Assembly (NCBI GenBank): GCA_002633005.1
Contig: NMRA01000013.1
Coordinates: 796,995-860,994, forward strand
Direction: 5' to 3'
Length of the DNA stretch: 64,000 nucleotides
Origin: Phoronis australis
Lineage: Eukaryota; Animalia; Phoronida
A program made the position numbers and the translations under genes. Positions 10,101 through 25,100 of this stretch are shown one piece after another (within the stretch, counting starts at the first letter, position 1; each line of letters starts with the position of its first letter). The notes below the pieces were generated by a model that saw only the letters and a list, made by a program, of their open reading frames with translations, made no database searches and was not told where the DNA came from.

Positions 10101-13100
10101 CTGTGGCTATCTGTCATTGTAACCTTGTGTCTTGTTGAGCTTTGTGGTGCTGATAAACTTGTAATAGGCGCATGAAAATGGAATATCTTCTATTTTTTGT
10201 TTGGAGAAATTGTGTTCATTAATTGTTGAAGGAGGAGAACCATGTTGTCATATGTCAAAACGTGGTACTACAATATATGCTCACCAATTGCACTCTTAAC
10301 AGCAAACCAGTTATATTTCAATATTTTTCTCATAAATGATCAGTTGCATGAAACAAACATTTTATTCTGTACAATAACTACTATCAGATACTGTTTTAAG
10401 AAATTTTGGGCAGTGTCGGTATTGTTAGAAGCCTTTAAAAATGAAAAAGTGTTTGATTTTTGCCATTATTTTTGTGCTGTTAAGTTTAAAGTCTCATTTG
10501 TTTAAAAACCTCATTCATTGTTTCTCTATTTGCCTATAACTTTTTTATAATAGACTCATTCTCATTGCTAAAGAAGAGTGCACAAATTAGATAGTATGTA
10601 TCAGGGCTTAAAGATAAATGAATGCTGCTGAGATAATGCGACTATTTCCATGGGACATCTCGTGTCACAGAATGGCGAGTTTTGATCTAATTATGTGACG
10701 TGACTTAAAAAATCCAGTCCTGAAATAAGACAAGTTGACATATCTCGTTTTCAATGATTTGTAATTTGTGTTTTTGGTGTTTTATTGTGTTCCGATAGAT
10801 TTTTTGCAAGAAAAGGAGCACAGTGTGTTTTTGTCCCACTTTTTTGGCATCATGGTGCTAACCTTGTTCTGCATGAGCTATGTAAGACCTCATGCTGGTT
10901 TTCAATGGGCAGTTTTGTAGACTTTATGCAAGATTTCTTTCTCAACTAGATAACAATTTTCTCCATTTATCTTTTGCTAATGGCACATTCCATTTCTGTT
11001 TGCAGACTATAATCACCCGTCTCGGGCGATGGATAGATTTCAAAAATGACTACAAGACTATGTACCCCTGGTTCATGGAGTCCATCTGGTGGATCTTTAA
11101 ACAGCTGTATGACAGTGGACTGGTCTATAGGGGGTTTAAGGTAGACCGCCAGACACTGAACATGTTGTGCATTGATGGTTAAAGTTTTTCGCAACTTCAT
11201 TGAATTAAGCTTGCCGAATAAAATATGAGTCTAATACTGGAATAAAAACTTACAAAAATTAGCGACGTTGCGTCCGCATCTCATGGACTTCAGCTTGACC
11301 TGTGACGTTATCGTTATTCTGGCCAATTGGTGGCATTTTGACCAGATGGCGTGGCATTGATGTCAGAACACCATCCCATATGTGTGACAAATCTAATCTT
11401 AAACCGTCTCTTTTATTTAAAGAGGGACTCTCAATGCGCTCAAGCAGAAGTCCGTGAGATGCGGACGCAACGTTGCTAAGTTTTTATTCCAGTATTAGAC
11501 TCAAACTTTATTTGTTTTCTCAACTGGATGTCTCAAAATTTTCATGTTTTTATTAAGCTTGCCAACTACTTGGATGATTCAATTCTTTAGTGCAACAGAC
11601 GGTTGTGACAAATATTTCACGCTAAATGAGAGGAACTCTTCATCTTTTAAGGGTACTCTTTCCGCTTCATTTTGAAAGAATGACTTTAACAGAAAATTTC
11701 ATTCGAAACATAGTCACGATAAATGTCCTTTTAACATGAGTTAAATTTTATCTAAAACAAATAGAATTTAATTGAGAATTCGTATTAAGTTTAATTTGAG
11801 TTTCTGGTGGTAAAGTAGCAAGCCTTACGTGTTTTTTAAAAATTTTTAGTCAGTGAGCACAGGTCTCAAAATGAGTCCAAGTAAAGACCAGAACTAATGT
11901 TGCCTTGTTTGACCCAACCACATGACATTCCCACTCATGTCCATTCTGTTCCAAGGTGATGCCCTTCTCAACGGCGTGCAACACTCCTTTGTCAAACTTT
12001 GAAACTGGTCAAAACTACAAGGAAGTTGTGGACCCTGCTGGTAAGTGGTCACTTCAGATGGTTCACTTCGTTCGCATAATTATGTTAATCTAGCGCATTA
12101 ATTCTATGACAAAACTTGAACATCGTAAATACTACAGTGTGTTAATTACGCTGTTTTCCAGGTAAAGCTTCAAAAGTCTTCACTAACCTGGAAAATGAAA
12201 CTGATCTTTAACCCCCACTTTAAACTTGACCTCTGTTTGTTCTTTTCTAAGTTAACAGAGCTAAGTCTTAGTAACGTGCTGTTCTAGATGTGGTTGAGTT
12301 ACGACGTGAGGTCTGTTTTGCACACAGTCATTGTTATTTGCTACCGTCCACCACATTGTACCTGACTCCTTGAATGTGGGTACTTCTCATTTTGGGAAAG
12401 GACTATAGTAGTGGCTTGTGGTCATCGTTTGGCTTTCCCGTGGGTACAAATCCAAACATTGCGCAAATTGCATGTCATGTTTTCATGTCCTAATCTTCCT
12501 TTTGGCTAGCATCTCGTTATTTTAATTTGCTGAGCACGCCACTGTTATGGCTGCAGCAAAAGAAGGAAAATGGATAATGAAACTCTGCAGCACTATTTGA
12601 ATCATTTGTCTTGCCAGGCAGGATGAGAGATCAAAGTTGCCTTCCATAGACGGGAGAGGCTAGCAAAAATGCATGGTCACGCGATCATACTTAGCTTTTT
12701 TCACTAATGTCTTGGTTCTAGGGAATGAATGTAGCCCAGTTTTTCAATCATGGCTCACGATCTTAGGCACGACTCACAATTTTAAAAACACGGTTTAGGT
12801 TCGTAAATGAGAATTTAAATGTTTACACCGTGTGAGAAAACATGATGAAATCGTGGAAAACTGATGTTTCTTTGCGCCAACATCATTTGGGTATGTTAGC
12901 TTCTGGAGATTGTCATCAGCATCTATAAGTCACAGTGCACGTGTCGTTCTAGTCATCGTCAGTTTTCCTCTGGACAGTGACCCCACTGTGTCCATGATCG
13001 CCTGGACGACCACACCATGGACACTGCCCAGCAATCTGGCTCTGTGTGTTCACCCGGAACTGGACTACGTCAAAGTCAAAGGTCAGTACGATGCTGCTAA

Positions 13101-16100
13101 GTATCTTTTTTCTGATATTCCACCAATGAAAAAACAGGTTGAACTGTTTTATCGCCAAAAAACTATTCAGTTTTTCAGCACTCAGCATTGGCACGAAAGC
13201 AGTAGATTTCTTTCAAAGGCTTATGATTATGATATTGACACTGTTGATGCTAGTATTCATCTTAACCTCCGAGGAATGTTGAAGACTTTTAATGGGAGCC
13301 ACTGAGTTCACACCAGACATGCCAGATGTCCCACATTAGAATCTTTAGCCATGCATTATGTTTGCTGCTTGTACATTTCAAATTTCCATGTATTCAAGTT
13401 ACATGCACTGTGTAACGTTTTCACTCGCTTTTTGCTAAATTAGGATCATCAAAAGACACCAAATCTCCATTTTTCCTTAGTGAAGCAATGTTCTGTCTTA
13501 TTAAATTATGCTCGCAAACATAACTTACACAGATCAAAAATAGGATTAATAAATATTAAGGCCAAAAAATCCCACATGCACCAGTTTCAGCCAAGGTCAT
13601 GCAGTTGTTTTTGAAAAGCTGCACAGAGGCACTTAAGTAAGGTTTGAAACATTATTTCCCAAGCAATGAGTAAAAAATAGCTAAACGTACATCATTTTGC
13701 TTAACTCGAGTGGATTTTCTTTTTTGAAAAAATTGAGCAACTAAAACACGCGCCACCAACTCAACTTTAAAAGAACAGTGACCAGAACCAACGATCATGC
13801 TTTTTTGGCCTTACAAACCACGTGGTGAACCACTTTATGACATTTGGTTGCAATTGTATGACTTTTGTGCCGTTGAGTGACGCTTGTTTTGTTGTTGCAG
13901 ACAATTCCACTGAGAAAGTGTACATCATGATGGAGGCACGGCTTGAAGCGCTGTTCAAGACTGAGGATGAGTACACAGTGATGCAGAAATTGAAAGGGGC
14001 GGAGCTAAACGGACTTTGCTACACTCCACTTTTTCCTTATTTCGCCGAGGTGAGTACTAGCAACTACTGAGGTGGACAGAAGTCTAGAAGGTATTTTGTT
14101 TTCTCTAAAAAGAGAATCAATAAGTTATAGTATTAGTATTACCTTAAGAGCCCAAAATGAGTTCAGGACACTAAGTTTTCCAATAGATAGTGATTATGGA
14201 TTTTTTCTAGTTAGCTAGTGTTTTGAACTCATTTTGAACTCTTGGAGGTACTGTTTTAATATTTATCTATTTTAGAGACAAAACAAAATAATGTCTTCCA
14301 AAACTCCATTAAACGCAGTTTGGAGGAAGTTATCGGTTGTTTATCTTTTCAGCTGAAGGAAATTGGTAGCGCTTTTGAAATTGCGAAATTTTGACATTAA
14401 TAGAAATAGATTGAATGACTTGATGGACGTGGGTTCCACAGAGTTTGAATGAAATTCCACATCTTTTCAGCTGAAGAAAAGAGGCGCCTTCCGAGTGCTG
14501 AATGATACTTATGTGACGGAGGAGAGTGGTACGGGGGTGGTACATCAGGCCCCCTACTTTGGAGAGGTAACACTGTCTTCTAGTGGAACTACATTCTTGT
14601 TCACTACAGATATGGTAGTTGCAGATTATCTTATTATTAGCCTTCGGTTGTAATTCATTGTTCAGTCTTAATTTTTTTTAATATTAACTGCTGTACATGC
14701 AGGGTGGTTTATTCTTCGAAGCTGACTGGAAATTGAGGGAATTAATAAACGTATTTTGTCTAGTCATACCACTTCGATCTGGTTGGAACTTTCCCAGCTA
14801 AAATGAATTCTTGCCAAGATATGGCAGTAGTATTCCTATGTATGTGGGATAACCTATGTATCCCCTATATATGAACTTATTTGCATCATCGCGGCGATAT
14901 CTTGTAGTCGTGCGCTTCATCTTGTTGTTATATGACATCATATGTATGCCAAGCACGGTACCGTACCCATGCCGGTTAAGCGATAAGATTATCTGAGTGT
15001 GAAAGTGCTGAATAACCAGTCAAGTTTTATTTCGTAATGGAATTGTAAGAATTTTCAGTTTGTGAAATATACAAGATTAAACAATGAACCTTTCAGTAAT
15101 ATCAAAAGTTTATCGGAAACTTAGAACCAGCTCATCTGGGAATATAAAAATTGAAACATGAACTGAGCAGTTGTGCAACAGTGTGTCGTTTTAGCTTCGA
15201 TGAATTTCTTAGTTTTTTGTCCATTTTTGTATCTTAGCTTCTGGAATGTGTATTGTAAAAGAAACATTTTCCCTGTGTTGATCACAGCACTGGAAAATAA
15301 CGGTGGAAACTGTGCTGATTTGCAGAATTTGAGGTAGGGACTGTGTCGCAAAATGCAGATTTTACACCAGCAGGGAGGGAGAGAGGGGAAGTTGAGGAAC
15401 GCTACGAGCAAATGATTGACTGTGTCAGTAAAAAACACTTACTCTTTATTATGTTGCAACTTCCTGTAAACACCTTTATATTCTCAGTGTAGGTAGACTG
15501 TATTCAGCCATTACAAAACATTTTCGTTGGATTTGAATTAGATTTTTGGCTGATTTTATTGGCCGGGGACGCTATGTAGCTGGCAATTGACCTATTTATT
15601 ATGACTCAGATTGAAACTAGCGAGACCTAAAAATGGCCGCCTGATCACCACGCGTCGGAATTTTCATTGGTAAATCTTTACTGTTTTTAGAGCAGTACTA
15701 CTGCTTTTTCAGAAAAAACGCCTTGGGTCAATGTTTTAGGTAACACAAATGAACAAGCCTAATCAAATTTTGCATTGTACACACAATTTTACTCCACCAG
15801 GAGAATGCACACCAACCATGAAATACGGCTTCTACCATTGTATACGGACTGGCTCAACTTTCCCGTATTTCACGGTATATATCGTGGGTTATTCAATGCC
15901 AAAACATATGAGATAAAATGAATTATTCACTAAGTATATCCACATATCCATGCCAACCGTGTATGTGAGTGTTTAGAGTCAGGCACCTATATCTGAAGGT
16001 TTACCTTATTTTAGATGTTTTTGCATGCTATAGTACACACCAAAAGTATGTGGACAGAATTACCCAGAATTCCACGTCATGACAGCTGGGCAGAATAGAA

Positions 16101-19100
16101 ATTTATTTTCATAGTGATTCTCCCTCCTTACCAGAATGAAGGGAAAGTAGGTGGAAAGTTAGTAGTGTGGCGAAGACAGTCTGTAACTAGAATTTTGCCA
16201 TCCTCATGGCTATTATTTGTCATTTTTGCTGTTAACAAAATCATCTCTCATGGTGGGAAAAGGGTACTTTGTCTAATTACTTTTGTCTTGTACACGTACG
16301 CGTATGTGGCTAAGCTTCACTTATCGACAGACAGGTGTCACTTGTGCATGGCCATTTCTTAACGAAGATGTTTTGTGCGTCTGCTGTTGGTTGTTGATAT
16401 GTGTCAATTAATAGTTATCCTTGTTTTGAAATCAAATCACTATCTTTAGCTTTATAAGGAATCGGTTAACTGTTGTTTGTCTAATTTTGCGACATCTCTT
16501 TCTTGTACAACATATTTTGATATTTGTTTTCATTTGTGTAGGATGATTACAGAGTGTGTCTGGCTAACAACGTCATCACCAGGGATGGTAAAATGATTTG
16601 CCCTGTCGACGCTAGCGGAAAATTCACACAGGAGGTCACTGACTTCTATGGACAATATGTGAAGGTAAAACGCAGATGAATTCTTGTTGGAAAAAGGAAA
16701 AAGGAGCTAGAAAAAGGCATTGTATGGTTGACCTAATTTTTGAGAGCTTGGTCCACTAATTTACTTCTGAGCCGAGTCGGTCAAGTGAAGAATGATATAT
16801 TGTATTGCATGCACAGCAGCAGTGGGAGGAATGTGCTACTGATGCACAGCATTGTGGGTAAATACATTAGAGTCAGAGAGGGCACTGTTGTATTTTGAGA
16901 AGTTGCTATTGGCTCGGTTTTTATTTCACATTCTAGCAGTGCATAGGGATTGGTGCTTTTATGTCCGACGTATTTAACCAGTGTTTAACCAATGATTAAT
17001 GCCGTGTAAGATGGAACAAAATTCAGTGTGGTAGAAAAATTAAAATGAAGAGCTATAATATTAATGTGACCTCCAAATACAGCTGTCAATTGTTCTGGGC
17101 TCATTTGTGGGTTAACGAGAGCCCATTCTGACAGCTAGTTGGTAATTTGCATTTCATCTTTATCTTACACTGTCGTCAGTAAAACTATCCATTGATAATA
17201 CATTTGTGTCCCAACGTAATAGTCAAACAAGTTGTGAGCCTGGTATGTTTGTGCGCAATCTCACTTCAATCCATTTTGTTGTCCACAACAGGATGCCGAC
17301 AAGAACATTATGAAGAAACTAAAAGAAAATGGCCGCCTAGTTCACCAGAGCACGACTAAACACAGCTACCCATTTTGTTGGAGGTGAGGCTATGCAAAGT
17401 TCCTTCGATTTCAAGGACATACCTACTGCATGTGCTTGCTATAAAAGTTGGCACGGTAGTTTGCAAAATAGTTGACGTATATTGTCGAAATTCATCCAAC
17501 TTTGCTGAAGATGGACGAAAACCCAAAGTGAAATGTGTCGGAAACATTGGAAAGTTAGCTAAAAATTTTTTGCTGAGAAGAGATTTCGTTAATTTTTTTT
17601 GAAAACAACTGAGGAATTGAAACAATTGCAGCATGCCGAGACCAGCCTTGGATCTGTGACCTTTAAATATAGTACTAAAAATGAGTGTTGGCACGACGTC
17701 TACAGCATAGTCCAACAATTAAAACTCGACACATGTAGGCGTGATGCCATTTTCAACACCAAGCTTGTGATTTTCGTGAAATAATGACATTCTCTCCGTT
17801 GTGCAGGTCTGAGACCCCATTAATCTACAAGGCCGTGCCGAGTATCTTTGTACGTGTTGAGCCTATTGTAGAGAAACTGTTGGCCAACAACCAGAAGGCC
17901 TACTGGTGAGTCATTGTTTACTGCTCAGTTTTTGGTCCATAATAAAGTTGTATTTTTGTTATGAAGTGATAGGATTCGATATCGAGGTGATTAAAACATC
18001 CATGGCATTGGAGAAGGATGCTTTAGCCCGAAATTTTTGCCACTAAACCTTTGTACGGAAGCCAGTGTCTCTCTGAGGCCGTTTCACTGACCAGATGTGA
18101 TGGCTTTCTCTTTTAATAAAGCCACTTTCAACCCGCATTTGGTTAAAAAAATACTAACATTTGATCTAGACTACTTATCTTTATTAAGCTAGTCATAGAT
18201 TGCTCCTTAGAAGTGAATTTTGAACTTGGGTCGAACTGTCATTGTTGCTTGAGATCACGGGCTGTGCTAAACATGACCGCCATGACTGTTCTAGAGCAAT
18301 AACGAACTGTCCGATCTTTCCTAGCAGGAAATCGCATCTAATTTTGCAAAAGAAAAAGGTGAGACCAGTTTCATATCTGCAAGTGCTCTAAATCAAAAGG
18401 TCCTAGTTTTTTATGGAGGGGGCTTAGGGCAGTTTTAAGTTTGAATAGAATGGTCATAGATGAAGTATTATTAGGTTGAGCCTACTTTTTTCCAGGGTAC
18501 CAGAGTTTGTCCAGACTAAGCGGTTCCATAACTGGCTACGTGATGCCCACGACTGGGGTATCTCTAGGAACCGTTACTGGGGTACACCCATTCCATTGTG
18601 GGTCAGTGAGGATGGAGAGGAGGTTTGTTTTTTTCACATTTTGTTGAACAACAAATGACGCGAATTTCTATGTGAAAACGAAACGTTGAAAAATTAAAGG
18701 TAGTGGGACTTTCATTCATACGCACATGTTAATTCAACAAACAAAGAAGCCAGTTCCTAGGCATTAATTAGGCAAACACGATAAGCATATGCCCGGGCAA
18801 TAATTCAGCGAGCACGGTATTCAAATACCGGGGCATTAATTCAGTGAATACAGTGATCAAGTGCCTGGGCATCAATTCGGCAAACACTGTAGTTAGCCAT
18901 ACAGTACAATTATTCAATCTACAGCAATTACAATTTTAAAATATTTGGTAATGAAAACATTCTGCAAAAAATCTGTTTCATTTGAAGTGACTAAATATCA
19001 CGGCTACCTAAAGTAGACATGTATTGTTACTACAATTGTTATCAATTGATATTTGATATAAACTGTGGCAGGTTCTGTTGCATCACATGCTTTAACTGTC

Positions 19101-22100
19101 GTAGTGTGTGCATTGTTGTTGACTGATTGTACATCCCGTCTACAGATTGTTTGTGTGGGATCTATTGAAGAACTGCAGTCTTTAACTGGAGCTAAGGACA
19201 TAAAAGATCTGCACCGTGAACAGTGAGTCAGGCCAGTCGTTAGATGGAAGTAGTTGATTTCAGACTATTGCTTGATAGAGTTCAGTTTGTTACAACTATT
19301 TTGAGCAGTTTTCACATTATGTTGTCTTCTGCAACATGTTGTCTGTCTAATGAATCTTTTTTGCCTTTATTCCAAAATGCGTGTCAGACTTTCAAAGCAT
19401 TCCAATTGTAGCATTTTCTGCTAAAGACACTAAACACTGCAGTCAAGTCACAAACACCTTTTTCTCGAAGACGTCCATTGATAAGTTTAAACATCAATTG
19501 CACCCACTTTCAGGGATTTTCGATGTAAAGTCTTGAATTAAATCACTTCTGCTATGAATTTGATAGGAGGTTGGAAGGAACTAGACACTAGGTGGAGCTG
19601 TGGGTTGGTCCTTTGGGGCTTTAAATTGTCATGGCTGTTTGAACACAGAGGTCATTTCATGTAATCTCTAGATTTTGAGCTTTGATCTTTTTAAGTTAAA
19701 GATTATAAAAATCTGAAGCACATTTCAAAATTCTTGTTTCATTTTTATCAAAACTACTAAGCCGTTCTGGAGACTGATTCAAAAACGATGCTGTAGTTGC
19801 TGTGCACTTTTTTGGTAGAAGTGAAATGGCCTGTTCACAGAATTGTACAAAATATCCAAATTTGTGACAGCTTATTCACCATGGTGCATTTCTCCTACTG
19901 GAAATTGCCATTGTATGATTGTTGTATAGATATTGTTCAATTTTTGGCAACTTATTTACTTTTTATTTTCTCCGACAAGAAATTGCCCTCGTTATGGTGG
20001 AGGCATGCTTGTTTGTTGTATACTATGTCTTGTCACAATATTCTTCCTTCTTGTCAGTATTGACCAGTTGACCATCCCGTCCAAGACTGGCCGCGGTGTC
20101 CTGCGACGTGTCACGGAGGTCTTCGACTGCTGGTTTGAGAGCGGTAGCATGCCGTACGCCCAGGTGCACTACCCGTTTGAAAACAAGAGGGAGTTTGAGG
20201 ACTGCTTCCCGGCAGATTTCATCGCTGAAGGCATTGATCAGACAAGAGGCTGGTGTGTAGATCTTTCCTCTGCTCGTGTCTAGGTTTCTATTCCTTGTGA
20301 AAGTGTGCTGTCCTCAAATTGAACTCCTCTTTAATGAGGTAGGAAAATGCAGTAAATGATTGACAAAGTTTTTAAAATGTAAGTCAGTTATGAGCTTAGT
20401 CAAAGGATTGTAGGACGAACAAATCATTCCGCAGTCATGGATACTTGTCTTGCTGGGCAAGTTTTCAGGCATTGGCAGCGCAACTCGCTGTTCAGCAGTA
20501 AAACCATGCTGTCTTTAGAAGGATGAGGTGATAATTGACATTGTTATTCAATGCAGTAAAAATAGCTGGCAAATTTTTTGAAGTGCTGAATTCAAGTGGC
20601 GTTTTTGTATTTTGGTTCGGGGGTATTGCTTTAGTAAGATCCTGATATCAATGTGTTGTTTGCCACCTCCTTAAGTGTGGGAATGTAATAAAAGTTGTCA
20701 AATAACACACGATTTTTACGGGAACCTAAAGTAGCATTCCAGTCGCAAATTTCATATACTTATAAGTCTTGTTAACATGCCATTCTCTTATAAAGTAAAG
20801 GTTCCATAAATTATGCTAAATGGAAACTAAAGGGAAACGCTTTGTGGCTGTGCTTGTGTCATCCCATTTATTAACAAAACAGTTTTGGAGTTTTTGCTAA
20901 AACTTGTGGACATAGTACATGGTTTTTTGAGAAACTGGGACTTGAAAAAAGTTTATTAATTACCACCAGCTGTGGTACATAAGAGTTGGCGAAGCAGCAC
21001 AACCCTTCAGTTACAATCTATGGTTAGACTGCCATCAACGACGGAGTCAGTATTAACAGGCGTTGTCATTCTCTAACTCCTGGTTTCTCTTGCTCCCAAC
21101 AGGTTTTACACACTACTCGTCCTTTCGACGGCTCTCTTCGACCGACCGCCATTCAAGAATCTGATTGTAAATGGTCTTGTACTCGCCAGGTAATGTGGAC
21201 CGTGTTTGAGACTGTCACTGCATAAGTTTAACCTGTTTCATTCGGAATTAACTCACAGAAATGAAGATGGTTTGTTGTGAGGCATGCAATAACAACAACA
21301 ACAACTCTTAAGCCAATTAAAGCAACTTTTGTTCGACCAATTAAATTCAGGAATGGTTGTACAAAAACAGAAATCAAGTTTATTTTGAGGGTGCGAATTA
21401 GCATTAGAGCATAAAATTGAATAAAGATCGTGATTTTTCAATGTCGATGTTCTTATGTAGTATTGCATGCCCTCTTGCCTCACAAATGATTAAAGATTTT
21501 TTGAGCAATATTAAAACTTGTATTTTTTCTTTAAAAGGAATGAGGGTAATAGTTTCGGTCCCAATGCTAATTGTTTGCGTGATACCGTTTCCAGTGATGG
21601 TCAGAAAATGAGCAAAAGGAAGAAGAACTACCCCGACCCCATGGAGGTGGTTCATAAGTACGGTGCAGACGCCCTCAGGTGAGTGAAGCTGTTGNATTTA
21701 ACATAATACATAAAAACATTTCTGATACTGTAGGTAATCATTTCAATTCCAAAAACCATAATATTCAAGATCTTTCTGTACAAATAATAGAAAAACTCCA
21801 ACACCCCAGTACCCCTCACAGACTTGAAAGAGAACAATATTGGATAGAAAAACTGAATACAATAGAACCTCATGGATTGAACATAAAAACTTAAAATATG
21901 TCATTGAATTTTTTACGCAAAAATATATCATTTTCATTACACCATATCTTATATGTCAATTGTCATTTCGTGTTTGATTTTACTTTATTTCTGTTTTTGT
22001 TGATAAAGGAAGTTGTTACCTCCGAAAATTTCAAATTTCAGTTGATCCATTCTTGTTGTTTTATTTACCGATTTATATTCTTCATTTTTATAGAAATAAT

Positions 22101-25100
22101 GTTTTTACAAAAACTTGATTTCGTAACATTTTCTTCAAAATAAAGCATTCATATATATTTTCCCAGTATAAGCCTGTTCCAAAATTCCATTCCCACGCGG
22201 TGGTGGTTAGTTGCTCCCTTCAAATCATCACACAGGTCATTCCAGGTCCTCTGAATTATGCTTGTGCTCAGCTGTCATGTCGGGGAATTCCAGGTCATTG
22301 GCGCTCATTAGAAATTATATGTCAGGTGCCACAAAGAACGTGCAGTTTGCTATGATTTCAACTCATCCACACCCTAGTGCACTTTTTGTCAACTTACTCA
22401 TTCGCTGTCAACTGGGCCAATTTGTCAACTGAGTATGTCCCGTTCTTGACCTAGTTAATCTTAACTAAGTAAAAGCTGAATAAAACTTTTTATTGCCCCT
22501 TTCCAATCTCAGCAGAGTCTCTAGGCCCTCAATCTGAATGTTATAATACTGCTTTACATCCTGTTGCTTGGTCCTCTTTCTACGCGGTGTAAACTGAGAA
22601 GCTGGATACAATTCAAAAGATTTCTCCTTCCTGTTTCAGTGCTCCTTGTCTAGAAAACTGGTTCTTGTTCCTACACTACTTTGTTATCCTGGTTCGTGGC
22701 AAAAACTTGCTAAGATATTGAAGCACTTTTTCACAATTTTTCTATTTGTAGGCTATACTTGATCAATTCTCCCTGTGTTCGGGCTGAGAACCTGCGCTTC
22801 AAGGAGGAAGGTGTGCGCGACATACTGAAAGATGTCTTCTTACCGTGGTTCAACGCCTATAAGTTCTTGTTGCAGAACATTGAGAGATACGAAACGGTTA
22901 GTGAGTGGGCAATGCGGCTTAGTGGTTGAACCGCCACGTAGCGGGCTAATGATCGTGGGCTTCTGTCCCAATGGACCCCACTGGACCCCAATACTGGACG
23001 CTTGAATGAGTTTTCTGACCCCTTAATGCCCTGTTGTTCGTGTTGCTTTCTGAATTTATTTCAGTTATTATCGGAAAATTCTATAAACCATCTTGTGTGA
23101 TATGAGTCACTCGCTCAGTGAAATGTTCTAGCAAATATAATTGTTTGTGACGGTGGAAAAACAGCACCGTGTCTTATTGTGGTCAGACTCCCCGAGTCCA
23201 ACGTGGGTTCGGTTGGCATGTCGACCAGAGATCAAGTCCTACAGTGGAACCCAAAAAATGTTACCTCCTCAAATTTTTAAACCAACTATGATTTGTATAA
23301 CTAGACTAGAACAAGACCACTTGTCAGACATAGAATAGTGTTTGCAATAACATGATTACATAACACTGACATAGAATAGTGTTTGCAATTACATAATTAC
23401 ATAACACTGACCTTCCTCCAAAATGTTTTTGCTGTAAGCATAAGCCAGTCTCACCTAACATATAGTTAATGTGGAAAATTTTCCACGTAATATCACTAAA
23501 TTGTCTCCCCTGTTCCAGGAAGAAGAGCAGACGTTTGTGTACAATGAAGAGAAAGGGGAGATCTCGATCAATTACATGGACCAATGGATCTTGACGTTTA
23601 CGCAGACTCTCATCAAGTTTGTCAAGGTTGAGATGGCAGGTCAGATTTTGAGTGTTGCATTGTGGTCTTGCTTTTGTGGCTCAGTTCATTGCATGTGTCC
23701 ATGTGTGTATGTTGTCTTGTTATTGCAGTGATCATTGGACTGCGTTGTGTGCTATTACGAGAGCGTGTTTTATTTCGAACTTAGGAGAGGACTATGACTT
23801 GTCTGAAATGGGCTGAAGCCTGTGTTGTTTTCACTAGCCCTTGCAGTTTAACATAACCAGGAATTAGTTACAAGCTGTGATGGCAATTGTCTCCATTGTC
23901 ACACTTGCATTTGCAAACTTTTCCATGAGTGCTGAATTTTTTATGCATTTCTAAAAGCCTCATGAATTGATTCAAATTTTTATATGAATAATTACCAAAT
24001 TTTAATTATATTAAACTTTTCAGAGAAATTTTTGATAGTTCACTCCTCCCCTTTTTACGAGGGCCATTCTTTTGTTGCCATTTGACCTATGAGATCGTGT
24101 CGAGAAAAACATGTCGATTGTAGAGGTGAAGTCAATTTTTGTGTCCGTTTGCCAACAATTTTATTACCTGACACAGTGAAAGTCATTTTCTCCATCCTAA
24201 AAAGTGGCAAATATCTACAGGTTCATGGTTGACCTCTCGAGGGTGGATATAAACTCAGCACAACGTATAACAACATCCTGTGTACAGCGCCACCTTGTAT
24301 GCACTGAGGAAGACATTAGGAAGGGTAGCTGTCAAAAATTTCTGCTGGTATTTAAGACATTTTGGATGAAAAAATGAATTTCCCTCTGTCAATTGTAATT
24401 CACCATCCCGATGAAACTGTTTGAAAAAACTTTATTACCTAACTTAATTCTATAAGCAACCTAGTACAATAATGCTCCTTTGCTTCGCCGGTGTTTCGTG
24501 TCTCCCCCTATTGCTTAAATCTATTTTGTCTCTCCTTGTAGCCTATCGCCTGTACACTGTGGTGCCCAGACTAGTCAAGTTTGTCGATCAGTTAACCAAC
24601 TGGTATGTGAGAATGAACAGGAAGCGGCTAAAGGTGAGCATGCTCAGAGCATTGGCCTTATGGTTGGTTAAAGCCACAAAATGTGCAAAATAACATAGCA
24701 ATTGCACAGTATGGTGTTTAAGCATGGAACGAGCCTGTTACCTAAATATGTTGACAGCCATTTTGTTTTCAACACACCAGTGTGTTGACCTACTCAGATC
24801 ACCATATCGAGTTATCATTTCTGCAGTTATGAGTAATGTGAAGTGTTTTCAAAAATTGGAAATCCCTTGTGATGGTTCTGAGGAACCAGCTGAAACTGGT
24901 GTTACAAACATTTAATTCGATTTTTTTATGTTGAAAATGCAAGCAAGCCTACTGTTTTATGGCTTTTGGTGGCATCTGTTAATTTCTGTATTGGTTGCTG
25001 TTGTCAGTCATGAAACAATTAGTGAAGGTGGTCTGATACATGTTGCATTAAAGGTGTGCTAGCTGCTCACCTGGGCACAAAATGCACCAAACACCGGAAA

